A DNA stretch of 64,000 bases from Methanobacteriota archaeon. GTDB lineage: Archaea; JAADCQ01; Methanopyri; Methanopyrales; Methanopyraceae. Location: assembly GCA_027064425.1 (NCBI GenBank), contig JAMOPO010000015.1, positions 192,001 through 256,000 on the forward strand, read 5' to 3'. The notes under the pieces are model-generated. The model was not told the DNA's origin. It saw only the letters and a list, made by a program, of their open reading frames with translations, and did no database searches. Of the stretch, positions 30,801 to 38,084 are shown one piece after another (position 1 is the stretch's first letter; each line of letters begins with the position of its first letter). The translations under genes and the position numbers were made by a program.

Positions 30801-31174
30801 AGGCGTCGGTGAGGGCGCCGGTCCGGTCCCTCGCAACCGCCGTCCGGGGTACCGGAGGGGGAGCCTCGATCTCGACCGTGGGTGCGGCGCTCAAGTCGGT
30901 CGGGGCCGGTTCCGAGCGCGCTGGGGGCGGGAAGTCCGGGGCGTCGGTGAGGGCGGTTCAGGCGGGCGCCGCGTCTCGCGGCGGTGCGTCCGCGCCGGCT
31001 CAGGCTCGGGCTCGGTCGGCTCGGGTCATGGTGAGGTCCTCGCCGGCGACCCCGGCCTCCCAAGCGCCACGCTGGGTCCTTTACGCGCTCATTGCGGCCC
31101 TGCTGATGTCGGTGCTGGCGGTAAGCGTGGGGTACTCCCGGAGGGCTGGGATGTCAAGGACTCCAGGGTGGTAA
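24803..31174 (+). CDS. Exported CobN/Mg-chelatase H family protein with C-terminal TM anchor
   Basis: LRLKPNAEKRV, FGNVLVAPQPARG, PPCHYYLA, GKHGTYEWLP, AKRRG, GLHVFG and LPTGRN CobN motifs; signal peptide; Pro/Ala/Thr linker at about 30460-31060; C-terminal TM. Confidence 0.88.
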   Translation: MMKDVRRLALPLALLLVHLPVQTEASPLQDSPHHLVVVTGYWSLGLPAAKAASGLPVTVVVEDAVSHGFVSPDAVKEAILRADTILLVHTRSNPILGTILANLPAGKRVFVYNNVLPKPQDARNLADVTVEWEGVTIPLSLYVQSRSERNLRSLFEYLLTGRPGPFHPFDGWVEGYDYERDEIVRPEDPGPEELREALSRYGSAPVYLGDRAYPRWFVELLKSRLPDLIREVLSHEPRRDGPAVLIVCDSTALECGWTAPLRELCRALVKRGLAPLVLALHYDLLDGDLEDVLRALRETVRRLNVQAVIFLAGFFRMRSPDSPEVKLLEELGVPVVKAIRLGHTMTEWQAYWRMPSGMDWSALYHIVIPENLGLIEGIPISVREWRTDGPRTLLGGVWRADVPVPPMVELLASRVAAWVKLRLKPNAEKRVVILYWAAEPGKEGVGVASSLDVSASIVNFLAWLLARGYRVEIPRELAEYLRRFADEVPRDSELYRALKSGSIEEVVRAIRGTLLEINRLEVEAEELAEKGGWRRALELYARAYRLMRPLADALGRLMVEEGSNIGAYILRRVRAEDGRLVLELLAYENGRFVRREWEVRYVHLLPLDEYLRWYRTLPEEARLCVEKGIFGYLEALLRFVKRYGPVVDSLKLRALTNGLRSLVAYVEGHLQYLQLSDRERREFLGDLRSLVEDVVSALTDPNRVDEALHRCEELHRKWSRVEALYGWFTGWGPPERSRYLVEIDGKKYFVIRGIRFGNVLVAPQPARGYYVGISVAYHSTILPPCHYYLACYYYFTRVFRADVIVNTGKHGTYEWLPYKPLFMSWWDFPQICIQDVPQVYPYYVADPSEALVAKRRGWAVLVNYLPESLARCELEDEWGELLELLREYLSSGLSVYRARILELVKKTRAYELLNLSSLEEFERDFDGNCARLYFLLHDLEEHEVVPVGLHVFGMPPLGEDPVETLASFAAKILVNETLGALDYPRALELCREVIERPEARESDELHREAARVVELLFQSARLERENFLRALEGRYVPPGYASSPFKEIDALPTGRNSCMFDPRKWPDWISINPAYAVAIPLRLVAKKVVAFDWATDNINTRALPIAVQMLLLGVLPRRNSEGVVVGVDPCAPLRPNAVAGTRRYGQVLITGRLVRMDLLGSGTVRLVVAPPGGGTEIEVRAPLDSLPFPLFVGDHVTILGTLVPPERRVELLDAEVLRSYEGGYLTPTELAAVGSVASGPVVVKGTVKEVSGNFLVVTDGTTDVRCCVAGPVRVRPGETVFVRGRPLIQEEPPIVSATLVLRGRLTRITDVIVLGTSCFRDVFAHNILAELFLGRAAAILAAEPYLAAELGVPSLVGARVKGANVPGLVLERLREIVGRLRQGRWENPLHETVLRVYEAALDLASSMGRERLARLLWEGLKSLYAQVQEACSQQGLSFDSVLSTARELAYLAPPSENYAFLDWAAVYLALLACREREVSAPLRAWVEQVRRIPEADYPLLAAIDVFCQAPGDYTNVIGKTIESGAFLLEERVKLALTWISAMSYLYGPRYWGVSVPLLLALNLAVPDHTLHTMVSSDEKATFFYDDCIYAFEGGMRLAVEAVNGLAPEQEPEIGMLVLNLRHAALGTYTGGDYSRTVYRLAHVAELIARANPSLAPWLRDLASSLAAGNLMAAMIASNLTLLMQPSTEAELRALRGDLTAAYRYALLMPFQSYAWYDLMRTVFNPLYLRGKRFHGYSGAVDLLKRLDFLITGWSTLTPGLLGWNGIFRRVARVLVENRSWLARYAPESLLSVSVKLLVIAFDRARYGLVSGELLRSPEFVQLVREVIVPELLEGELCCCPAVCGNPTIQERFLQALAAYESIIPQVRPAIAVFTTNYVGRPIPGRTANVTTAPGAAPAPTTVGPTPASSLAPTAAPATTPAVSPAALPAPSPAPRRVLNAQAPSATTAPVSTSTSGTPATSGTRSIASTAAAPSASAPVSPMTGARTAVRVARAVAAVAEASVRAPVRSLATAVRGTGGGASISTVGAALKSVGAGSERAGGGKSGASVRAVQAGAASRGGASAPAQARARSARVMVRSSPATPASQAPRWVLYALIAALLMSVLAVSVGYSRRAGMSRTPGW

Positions 31175-31663
31175 GGCGGGGGAGTGGAGCCCGGACCGGC
31201 AGTAGTCCCCCGTCAGAGCGAGCAGGGCGAGTGGAATCAGGACGTAATCCCAGTGCCGGGCTGGGATCGGAGTCAGCGCCAGCCGGATCCAGCCCCTTGG
31301 ACCGGGGAAGATTGGCACTCCGCGCGCGGTGAGCATATCTTGGAGCGTGTGGAAGAGCCCACCCAGCAGGACGAGCGCCAGGGTGCGGTGGTGCGTCCAA
31401 GTCGTCAGGGCGCCGAGCAGCCAAGGCCATGGGCAGTGAAGCGCGCCCCTGTGTCGGAAGGTTCTGGACAGCGACTCTCTGACCCGGGCGCGGGTGACGG
31501 CCTCCAAGGACCCTAAAAGCAGCCGAGTTATGAGCGAGTTCGGGTGGTCGAGGTCCGGGAGCAGAGCGCCCACAGCGGTCAGGAGCGCGGGGTAAGGGCC
31601 CAGGAAGTGGCTCACGATCAAGTAGGTGACCAGAACGTGGGTGATCGCTCTCAGCCCTCTCAC
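31154..31663 (-). CDS. Membrane-bound metal-dependent hydrolase (YdjM/DUF457)
   Basis: TH, GALLPDLDHP, HRGALH and HTLQDMLT..GV motifs. Confidence 0.88.
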   Translation of the reverse strand: MRGLRAITHVLVTYLIVSHFLGPYPALLTAVGALLPDLDHPNSLITRLLLGSLEAVTRARVRESLSRTFRHRGALHCPWPWLLGALTTWTHHRTLALVLLGGLFHTLQDMLTARGVPIFPGPRGWIRLALTPIPARHWDYVLIPLALLALTGDYCRSGLHSPALPPWSP

Positions 31664-31674
31664 CCCGCCGCGGG

Positions 31675-31731
31675 ATGAGGAGTCAACCTGGCGCGGAAGC
31701 CTTTCGGATGAAGAGGGGAGGGGGTCCCCGA
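31675..31731 (+). ncRNA. Candidate C/D-box sRNA
   Basis: ATGAGGA-guide-CGGA...ATGAAGA-guide-CCGA flanked by a CCGCGG/CCGCGG terminal stem. Confidence 0.7.
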
Positions 31732-31734
31732 CCG

Positions 31735-31814
31735 CGGTGTGCCCGGGCCTATCAGCGGGACCCTCATCGGAGCGGGGGCCGCCCCGCCCTCGGGCCCGCC
31801 GGGGCGACCCGGGC
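31735..31814 (-). ncRNA. Candidate H/ACA guide RNA
   Basis: GCCCGGGTC-GCCCCG-GCGGGCCC-GA-hairpin-CGATGA-GGGTCCCGC-TGATA-GGCCCGGGC-ACA: basal stem, pocket, K-turn and ACA box. Confidence 0.72.
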
Positions 31815-31858
31815 CCCCTCGGTTGACCCGCGTCCGGGGCGTTGAATCGGTTTCGGAG

Positions 31859-31912
31859 ATGAGGAGGGTGGTGGACGCTGAGAGGGATCGATGACGACCC
31901 TCTCGGCGCCGA
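31859..31912 (+). ncRNA. Candidate C/D-box sRNA
   Basis: ATGAGGA-GGGTGGTGGACG-CTGA-spacer-ATGACGA-CCCTCTCGGCG-CCGA. Confidence 0.75.
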
Positions 31913-32776
31913 TCACTCCTCCTCGATCACTCCGCGGATGAAGGCCATGGCCGCCCTGCGAAGCAGCTCTCGACCGGCGATGGAGGCCGGGGCCGAGGCG
32001 GGCACGGCGCGCAGTTCGACTCCTTCCCCTTCAGCGCGCAGCTCGAGGTGCTCTCGAGCGTCCAGGGTGAGGGTCAGGCCTCCCCTACCGTGCTCCAGGA
32101 CCGTCCCGGAGACGACGGCCGACACCTCGGGCCCGGTCAGCGCCATCCCCAGCTGGGCCTTCCCGGTGATGTCCCTCAGGGCGTCCTTGAGCTCGTCCTC
32201 CCGGGGCTGGAGCAGGAGGAGCAGGCTGTCGTCCCGGGGCACGGCCCGCAGCGTTCCGGAGCCCGTGTCCCCGTTGAGGGTCACCCTCACCCGGCAGAGC
32301 TGCACGGCCCGGCCTCGTAGGATCGGCTCGACGGCGAGGTCCAGGGCGCGGTCGGCGGCGGTCAGAAGGCTCCCCTTCGCCGCCTCCGGAGCCTTCGGCT
32401 TGAATCGGAGCGTCATCTCACCCTCGGGGACGAGGATGTGCCGCTCGAACGGGTAGGTGGAGGGTCCGCCGAGGGTGGTGAGCACCAGGCTTCCGTTCAC
32501 CTCGAACCGCTTCAGGGCGATCCCGTACTCGACCAGTGATGCCGCGGTCGGTGGAGTGAGCACGACCCGAGAGCGGGGCGGGGTGAAGGAACCCTTTTCC
32601 AGCTCCGCGGAGCTGAAGGAGGTGCTGACTGACTCCAGGATCGGGTCCTCCTCGACCTCGATCGGCTCCCGGGGGACCAGGAACACGTTCTCCTCGACGA
32701 TCCTCAGCGAGGCCTCGCAGCTGCCCACCGGCTCCCCGTCGACCTCAACCTCGAGCGAGCCCCGGTGGGCGATCAA
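31913..32776 (-). CDS. Hypothetical protein
   Basis: 287-aa ORF with host-like composition; TTTTTATA on the minus strand about 35 nt upstream; start approximate. Confidence 0.7.
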   Translation of the reverse strand: MIAHRGSLEVEVDGEPVGSCEASLRIVEENVFLVPREPIEVEEDPILESVSTSFSSAELEKGSFTPPRSRVVLTPPTAASLVEYGIALKRFEVNGSLVLTTLGGPSTYPFERHILVPEGEMTLRFKPKAPEAAKGSLLTAADRALDLAVEPILRGRAVQLCRVRVTLNGDTGSGTLRAVPRDDSLLLLLQPREDELKDALRDITGKAQLGMALTGPEVSAVVSGTVLEHGRGGLTLTLDAREHLELRAEGEGVELRAVPASAPASIAGRELLRRAAMAFIRGVIEEE

Positions 32777-32836
32777 CCTCGGTCCCCGACACCCGGGCGG
32801 TCGCGCAGTATAAAAATGGACTGAACGGGTCCGCCC

Positions 32837-32883
32837 TCAGGGGGGCGCCTCGTCACCCGTTCAGCGTCGGGGACGGTCGTCAT
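32837..32883 (-). ncRNA. Candidate C/D-box sRNA
   Basis: ATGACGA-CCGTCCCCGACG-CTGA-acgg-GTGACGA-guide-CTGA. Confidence 0.7.
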
Positions 32884-32887
32884 CCCC

Positions 32888-32947
32888 GTGATGTGGAGGG
32901 TGGTGGGAACCGAGGGAGGACCCAATGATGAGTAACCCCGGTACCGA
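32888..32947 (+). ncRNA. Candidate C/D-box sRNA
   Basis: GTGATGT-guide-CCGA-spacer-ATGATGA-GTAACCCCGGTA-CCGA. Confidence 0.65.
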
Positions 32948-32975
32948 ACCATCTTCCTTTCAGGGGTGGCGACGG

Positions 32976-34589
32976 GTGCAGCCGCTCCTTCTGCTGCCCC
33001 TGATCCTGGCGCTCGCGCCGGCGTCGGCCACCGTCCACGTGGACGTCTTCCCGTGCCTGGACAGCGACGCCTGGTCCGGGGAGCACGTGCGAGCGCTCAG
33101 GACGTTCCTGGAGTGGTGCGCGGACCACGGCGTCAAGGTCGCGGTGTTCCACTACAACACCTGCGAGGAGGCCGCTCCCGGAATCACCCAGGTGATCCGC
33201 GAGTTCGCGGGGCAGGGCGTGATCACGCTCGTGGGCCTCCACTCCACCTCCCACTCGATGGGAGATTTGCCCGTGAGCATTCAGTACCTGGAGCTGAAGT
33301 ACAACGCCGAGTTCCTCCGGGAGAGCGTTGGGATCAACGTGAACGACCGGGTGCTCAGCGTCCCGTACTGGGTGTTCTCGCCTCGCACCCTCGAGGCGTG
33401 CGCCCTGTTCGGTGTCAGGGTGATCGTCTCCGGCAACGGTCCCAACACGCTCTCCCCGGAGCACGATCGGGTGTGGGACAAGGTCAGCTTCCCCGGACAG
33501 CTGATGATCCCGGGCAAGTTCACGGTCGTGGGAGAGGTGATCTACCACCTGCCCGCCGTCAGCTACCCTTCACTCGCCGCCCAGAGCGCCGCTCTGGGCA
33601 CCACCGTGGGGGAGGTGCTCCGGCGAGCCGTCGAGAGCCTCATCGAGAACGGCCTGGTCCCGACGGATCGGGACGTGAGGCTCACGCTGGCCGTGCTCGT
33701 GCACCCCTGGGAGCTGGCCGACTCCGGCACGCTTGAGGGCATCGAGGGGCTGCTGGAGCTGGTGTCGTCTGGAGCCCTGGACTTCGACTGCAACGGCGTC
33801 CCGGTAGTGTTCCGGCTGGCCGATCCGGCGGAGGTCGTCAAGGACTTGGAGGAGGGGAGGTTCGAGGGACCGGTGGTGAGCCTGCCCTCGCCCGACTACC
33901 GGTACGTGCTGCTCAGCAAGGGTTACAAGCCGTGGTGGGAGCTCCTCCGCCAGTGCTCCAGCGACGAGAACGCTATCCACATGATCAGGACGTGGAGGGA
34001 GGCCGTCCAGACGCTGGAGTGCGTTGACGCGGAGCTCCTGACGCTGCTGCGGGCGGGCCGAACCGAGGGCCTCGACACCCTGCTGAGGGAGGTGGCTGAG
34101 ACCGCGGTGGATGAAGCCGAGCTGTACAACATGGTGAAGAACTGGGACCCGGCGGGAGCCAAGCGGGCAGTGGAGCGGTTCAGGGAGGTCGCGGACCGGC
34201 TGTACTCGGCGGTCGTCCGGACGTTCGCCGACTTCCTCTCGGGACTGAGCCGCGAGCTTGAGGGGGTGCGGGAGCTGAGGGAACTCGTGAGCGACGTCGC
34301 GGGGAGCGTTGAGGAGCTTCGGGCGCGGGTCGAGGCGGTCGAAGCCGAGGTGACCGACCTGCGGCTGGAGGTGGGCCTACTGCGGGACGAGCTCGTGGGG
34401 CGGACGTCGAGGCTGGAGGAAAGGGTGAAGAGCGTTGAAAAAAGGCTCTCCGAGCTGGAAAACGATATCAGGGGGATCAAGCAGGGCCGCGAGTCACCCG
34501 GAGAGCGGGGAGGCGGGGCCCTGGTGGTGGCACCTTTCGCCCCACCAGTCCCGCGGGGGCGAGGAGCATGGAAGCGTGGGATTTCGTGA
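32976..34589 (+). CDS. Secreted polysaccharide-deacetylase-like protein with coiled coil and Pro/Arg tail
   Basis: Signal peptide; GLHSTSH, PYW and LVHPWE (CE4/NodB-like) motifs; heptad coiled coil; ends LVVAPFAPPVPRGRG. Confidence 0.75.
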   Translation: MQPLLLLPLILALAPASATVHVDVFPCLDSDAWSGEHVRALRTFLEWCADHGVKVAVFHYNTCEEAAPGITQVIREFAGQGVITLVGLHSTSHSMGDLPVSIQYLELKYNAEFLRESVGINVNDRVLSVPYWVFSPRTLEACALFGVRVIVSGNGPNTLSPEHDRVWDKVSFPGQLMIPGKFTVVGEVIYHLPAVSYPSLAAQSAALGTTVGEVLRRAVESLIENGLVPTDRDVRLTLAVLVHPWELADSGTLEGIEGLLELVSSGALDFDCNGVPVVFRLADPAEVVKDLEEGRFEGPVVSLPSPDYRYVLLSKGYKPWWELLRQCSSDENAIHMIRTWREAVQTLECVDAELLTLLRAGRTEGLDTLLREVAETAVDEAELYNMVKNWDPAGAKRAVERFREVADRLYSAVVRTFADFLSGLSRELEGVRELRELVSDVAGSVEELRARVEAVEAEVTDLRLEVGLLRDELVGRTSRLEERVKSVEKRLSELENDIRGIKQGRESPGERGGGALVVAPFAPPVPRGRGAWKRGIS

Positions 34590-34999
34590 GAATGATGGAG
34601 TGCGCGCTGGCGGTGGCCAGCGTCCGCCTCTTCGGCGAGCGAGGTAACGCCCTCAGGCGCGTCATGGGGGAGATCATGGCGGAGATGCTGAAGGACCGCG
34701 TCCCGGACGACCCGAGGGAGGCGCTGAGGGAGCTCCTCGAGCCGCTGGCCGAGGTGGAGATCGACGGGGACGAGGTGCGCGTTAAGGAATGTCGCGTGTG
34801 CTACTCTGCCATGCTGCTCGACGTGGCGACGGAGAGCGAGCTGGACACGATCCGGCGGGTGGTGCCCTGCCCCATCGTGAACCTGTTCAACCAGCTGGCC
34901 GAGCTCAAGGGGTGGAACGTGCGACTGGAGCCCGAGGTCACGCCGCTGTCCGGGGAAACGGACCCCGGATCCTGCGTCCAGCGCCTCCAAGAAGAGTAG
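34568..34999 (+). CDS. Hypothetical V4R/ligand-binding-like protein
   Basis: GAGGAG RBS; C..C, PCP and terminal C pattern. Confidence 0.65.
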   Translation: MEAWDFVRMMECALAVASVRLFGERGNALRRVMGEIMAEMLKDRVPDDPREALRELLEPLAEVEIDGDEVRVKECRVCYSAMLLDVATESELDTIRRVVPCPIVNLFNQLAELKGWNVRLEPEVTPLSGETDPGSCVQRLQEE

Positions 35000-35020
35000 C
35001 GGCGGGTGATCGAGCGGGCG

Positions 35021-35071
35021 GTGATGAGGACCCGGTGCCCCGACCGGTGAGGACGTCTGGGGTGGGACTGA
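35021..35071 (+). ncRNA. Candidate C/D-box sRNA
   Basis: GTGATGA-GGACCCGGTGCC-CCGA-ccg-GTGAGGA-guide-CTGA. Confidence 0.75.
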
Positions 35072-35075
35072 GCCC

Positions 35076-35129
35076 TCGGTCCCGGGTGGACTCCTCATCC
35101 GAGGACTCGGTCCCGGAGTAGCTCCTCAC
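35076..35129 (-). ncRNA. Candidate C/D-box sRNA
   Basis: GTGAGGA-GCTACTCCGGGA-CCGA-spacer-ATGAGGA-GTCCACCCGGGA-CCGA; TTAAAA upstream on the minus strand. Confidence 0.72.
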
Positions 35130-35172
35130 CGGGCGCTCCCAACGCCCCCGGCGCCCGCCCCGATTTTAATCC

Positions 35173-35931
35173 CTACCTCCCGGCTCGCCGGCACTCGAAG
35201 CACCGGCCGCACCGGATGCAGTCGGATCCCGAGGGGAAGTTCTCCGCGGGTGTGAGCCCCATCGGGCAGGTGGCGCACCTCGGACAGCCCAGGCACCCCG
35301 GCTTCAACGCCCGCACGCTGGCGAGGCGGTCGAGCGCGGTCCACCCGTGAGCGATCCTGAGCAGAACCCCCACGGGACAAACGTACCGGCAAAGGAACCT
35401 GGGCACGATCATCGAGGCCAGCACCGGGAGCGAGACCAGCCCCAGCCTCAGCGTCGCGTAGTACCCGAGCCGGGGATTCTCGAGCTGGCTGGCAAGGTAG
35501 TGCATGGGGCACACCGCGTACCACGGCCTGATCAGGGCCGCGGCTCCGACCAGCGTCAGGAGCAGGACGACGTACTTGGCGTACCGGAGCCGGAGGTCCA
35601 CTGGCGGAAGGTTGACGGTTACCCCCAGCCGGCGGCCCAGGCCCGCCAGGAGGTCTTGAAGGAATCCTAGAGGGCAAATCCATCCGCACACGGCCCGCCC
35701 TACGAGCACGGCCGGAAGCAGCCAGGCGACGGCCGCCACGAACGCCAGGTAGCCCGGGCTCGTCAGGCCGGCGAGCGCGGTGGGCAGCAGGTACAGCGTC
35801 AACCCCGTCCCGATCACCCCGGCGCAGCCGCCTGAAACCCCAGGCACGATCACGGGCACCTTGAGGACAATCCCGGACACGGCGGCCCCGGCGCTCACGG
35901 TCTGAACGAGCCTCCTCCACCCGGAGATCAC
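35173..35931 (-). CDS. NapH/MauN-type membrane 4Fe-4S binding protein
   Basis: GRAVCGWICPLG, RFLCRYVCPVG, CLGCPRCATCP and CIRCGRC motifs. Confidence 0.85.
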   Translation of the reverse strand: MISGWRRLVQTVSAGAAVSGIVLKVPVIVPGVSGGCAGVIGTGLTLYLLPTALAGLTSPGYLAFVAAVAWLLPAVLVGRAVCGWICPLGFLQDLLAGLGRRLGVTVNLPPVDLRLRYAKYVVLLLTLVGAAALIRPWYAVCPMHYLASQLENPRLGYYATLRLGLVSLPVLASMIVPRFLCRYVCPVGVLLRIAHGWTALDRLASVRALKPGCLGCPRCATCPMGLTPAENFPSGSDCIRCGRCFECRRAGR

Positions 35932-36153
35932 CGGGCTCCCCCCTCGACGGCGGACGCAGAGGGGGTGCGGAGAGGACTCGAAGGAGCGGCAGGGGAGTCG
36001 TGTGGGCTCAAAATGACGCTTCATCGCGGCAGCGGCACGGGCGCAATCAGGCACGCGGCGGCTGCCAGCGCTGCCCGTGCTCGTCCTCTGATGGTTTCCG
36101 GAGGCGGACACGTTGAGGGTGCGCCTGGGTGAAGGGGGTACACGGTGGGCGGG

Positions 36154-36207
36154 TCAGCGAGCCCCCCAGCCATCATCTGGTGTCGGTGACCCGGCACGAT
36201 TCATCAT
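36154..36207 (-). ncRNA. Candidate C/D-box sRNA
   Basis: ATGATGA-guide-CCGA-caccag-ATGATGG-CTGGGGGGCTCG-CTGA. Confidence 0.72.
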
Positions 36208-36292
36208 CCGGTCGCTCCGCCGTGGTCGTGCGGCTCGGACCCGGTGATTAACGTTACGACCCCCTGACGCGCGGCGGCCGAGCCCGCGCGGC

Positions 36293-36751
36293 TCACTCGC
36301 CCGCCCGTACGCGCTCCAGCTTCGCCTCGAAGTAGTCGGGCGAGTACTTGAGCACGATGACCCGAGTCACGACGAGAACGGCGAGGAGGACGGTGACCGA
36401 CAGGAGCTCGACGGGCTGAATACTGCCCCGGTAGTACTTGAGGAACGTCTCCCGAAGCATCGTGATTATCGTGATATCGACGACGTAGCGCAGAGGTACG
36501 CGGTGATGTCGAAGCGTCTCTAGCACGCTCTGATACACCTCCAGGAGCAGCAACACGTCGAACACGCACTCCACGATCAGCCCGAACGCGGCCCGGAACC
36601 TCACCTGGTAAGGGCTAACCAGGAACGTGCTCACGATGTCGTACACGCCGACGGCGAAGACGATCAGCGTAATACCCAGGATCGCCACCATCACGGTGTA
36701 GGCGGTGACCCGGAGCAGCCGATGGGCGAGCTCGTCCAGCCGGTTGCCCAA
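36293..36751 (-). CDS. PsiE-family membrane protein
   Basis: Four TM helices; LLLEVYQSV...VPLRYVVDITIITMLRE pattern. Confidence 0.8.
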   Translation of the reverse strand: MGNRLDELAHRLLRVTAYTVMVAILGITLIVFAVGVYDIVSTFLVSPYQVRFRAAFGLIVECVFDVLLLLEVYQSVLETLRHHRVPLRYVVDITIITMLRETFLKYYRGSIQPVELLSVTVLLAVLVVTRVIVLKYSPDYFEAKLERVRAGE

Positions 36752-36807
36752 GCCTTCTCACGCCCGCAAGGGTGATACCCCTGCGGCGTCCGCGTGCCAG
36801 GGGGCCG

Positions 36808-36858
36808 ATGAGGACCGTTCCCCTTGGGGACCTGAATGACCAGAAGTCGCGGGGCCGA
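36808..36858 (+). ncRNA. Candidate C/D-box sRNA
   Basis: ATGAGGA-guide-CTGA-ATGACCA-GAAGTCGCGGGG-CCGA. Confidence 0.55.
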
Positions 36859-36936
36859 GGCGGTCGCCGGGCAGGCCGCTAGTTACGGTTTCCATTTCGC
36901 GGGAGCCTCCGCCTCAGGTTGAATCGGGCGGTGGGT

Positions 36937-36985
36937 TCAGCGCCCCTGGGTGTCCTCACCGCTCGGAGATCCCCCTCCTCATCAT
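36937..36985 (-). ncRNA. Candidate C/D-box sRNA
   Basis: ATGATGA-GGAGGGGGATCT-CCGA-gcg-GTGAGGA-CACCCAGGGGCG-CTGA. Confidence 0.78.
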
Positions 36986-37009
36986 CCCCGACTAGCAGGG
37001 GACTGGCCG

Positions 37010-37630
37010 TTGAGAGAGGTCGTCGAGAGGATCGAGGGGTGGCTCCGTCGCCTCGAAAGACGCGGGGAGTACGAGCCGGCCTGGGGCGACCGCGAGGACG
37101 TCTACGCCGTCGCGCTCGCCGGCGTCCTGCATCAGCGCACGCGCCGCGAGCTCGCCGAGCCCGTCCTCCGCGAACTCCTCCGCAGATACCCGGAGCCCCG
37201 GGACCTCCTCTCCGCCCCCGAGCGCGAGCTGAGGTCGCTGCTCTCACGCATCGGGCTCGTCGAGCGGCGGCTCCGGACCGTGGTGGGGCTCGCCCGGCTG
37301 CTGGCGGAGTGCCCGCGTCCGTCCCGGAGGAAGCTCCTCGAGGTTCCCGGGGTGGGTCCCTACACCGCCGATTTAGTTGCCGCCGTCGTTTATGAGGAGC
37401 GAGTCCTGCCCGTCGACGCGAACGTCCGCCGCGTCGTCGAGCGTTCCACGGGCCGCCCGGTGGAGAAGGTGAGAGGGGAATGGGTAAAGTCGGCTCGGAG
37501 TCCGCGCGACCTGGCCCTAGGTACCATCGAGCTGGGTCGGCGACACTGCCGGTCCGAGCCCAGGTGCGACGAGTGCCCCGTCAGACCCGTCTGCGCGGCC
37601 CGGTCCGATGAGGAGCCTCGCCCGAGCTGA
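37010..37630 (+). CDS. HhH-GPD DNA glycosylase (endonuclease III/MutY/MIG family) with Fe-S cluster
   Basis: LHQRT, LLEVPGVGPYTA, PVDANVRR and CRSEPRCDECPVRPVC motifs. Confidence 0.88.
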   Translation: MREVVERIEGWLRRLERRGEYEPAWGDREDVYAVALAGVLHQRTRRELAEPVLRELLRRYPEPRDLLSAPERELRSLLSRIGLVERRLRTVVGLARLLAECPRPSRRKLLEVPGVGPYTADLVAAVVYEERVLPVDANVRRVVERSTGRPVEKVRGEWVKSARSPRDLALGTIELGRRHCRSEPRCDECPVRPVCAARSDEEPRPS

Positions 37631-37658
37631 GTCCGATGAGGAGGGCGCTCGAGACCGA
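37608..37658 (+). ncRNA. Candidate C/D-box sRNA overlapping the glycosylase stop
   Basis: ATGAGGA-GCCTCGCCCGAG-CTGA-gtccg-ATGAGGA-GGGCGCTCGAGA-CCGA. Confidence 0.75.
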
Positions 37659-37703
37659 GGACGGCGGCGAGACTTTAAATCCCCAAGCCGCCGGACGCCC
37701 GGG

Positions 37704-37754
37704 ATGATGTGCTAATCGGCCGCCTGAACGGGTGATGACGTTCCAGGCCGCTGA
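37704..37754 (+). ncRNA. Candidate C/D-box sRNA with its own TATA (TTTAAAT 37674-37680)
   Basis: ATGATGT-GCTAATCGGCCGC-CTGA-acgg-GTGATGA-CGTTCCAGGCCG-CTGA; the first guide is complementary to GCGGCCGAUUAG, which resembles archaeal 16S rRNA near helix 11. Confidence 0.8.
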
Positions 37755-38027
37755 CCGCAAGCTCGAGCCGGATCCTCGCCATCCCTTACCCACCCTAACG
37801 CTCGCCTCCACGCGTCGAGACCGGCCAGCCCGGGATCCGGCCATCGGGCTCCGCCGGTTTTGTCGGTGCCTGCCGGGGACCCACGAGTGTGCCTAGCCAC
37901 GCCCGCGCGACGAGGGTAATTGGATTCGAAGTGGAAAGCGCACTGCAGCCAGCTGCGAGACTTCCGTTGACGCTCGCCGATCGAGTGGGCATAAATAGGT
38001 GGAAGGGGGCGTCGGGAGCGCGCCGGG

Positions 38028-38082
38028 ATGAGGAAAGCACCCCTAGGTGACGCCGGCCGATGATCGGCTTCGCCCTGACCGA
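38028..38082 (+). ncRNA. Candidate C/D-box sRNA
   Basis: ATGAGGA-AAGCACCCCTAG-GTGA-spacer-ATGATCG-guide-CCGA; ATAAATA upstream. Confidence 0.6.
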
Positions 38083-38084
38083 CC

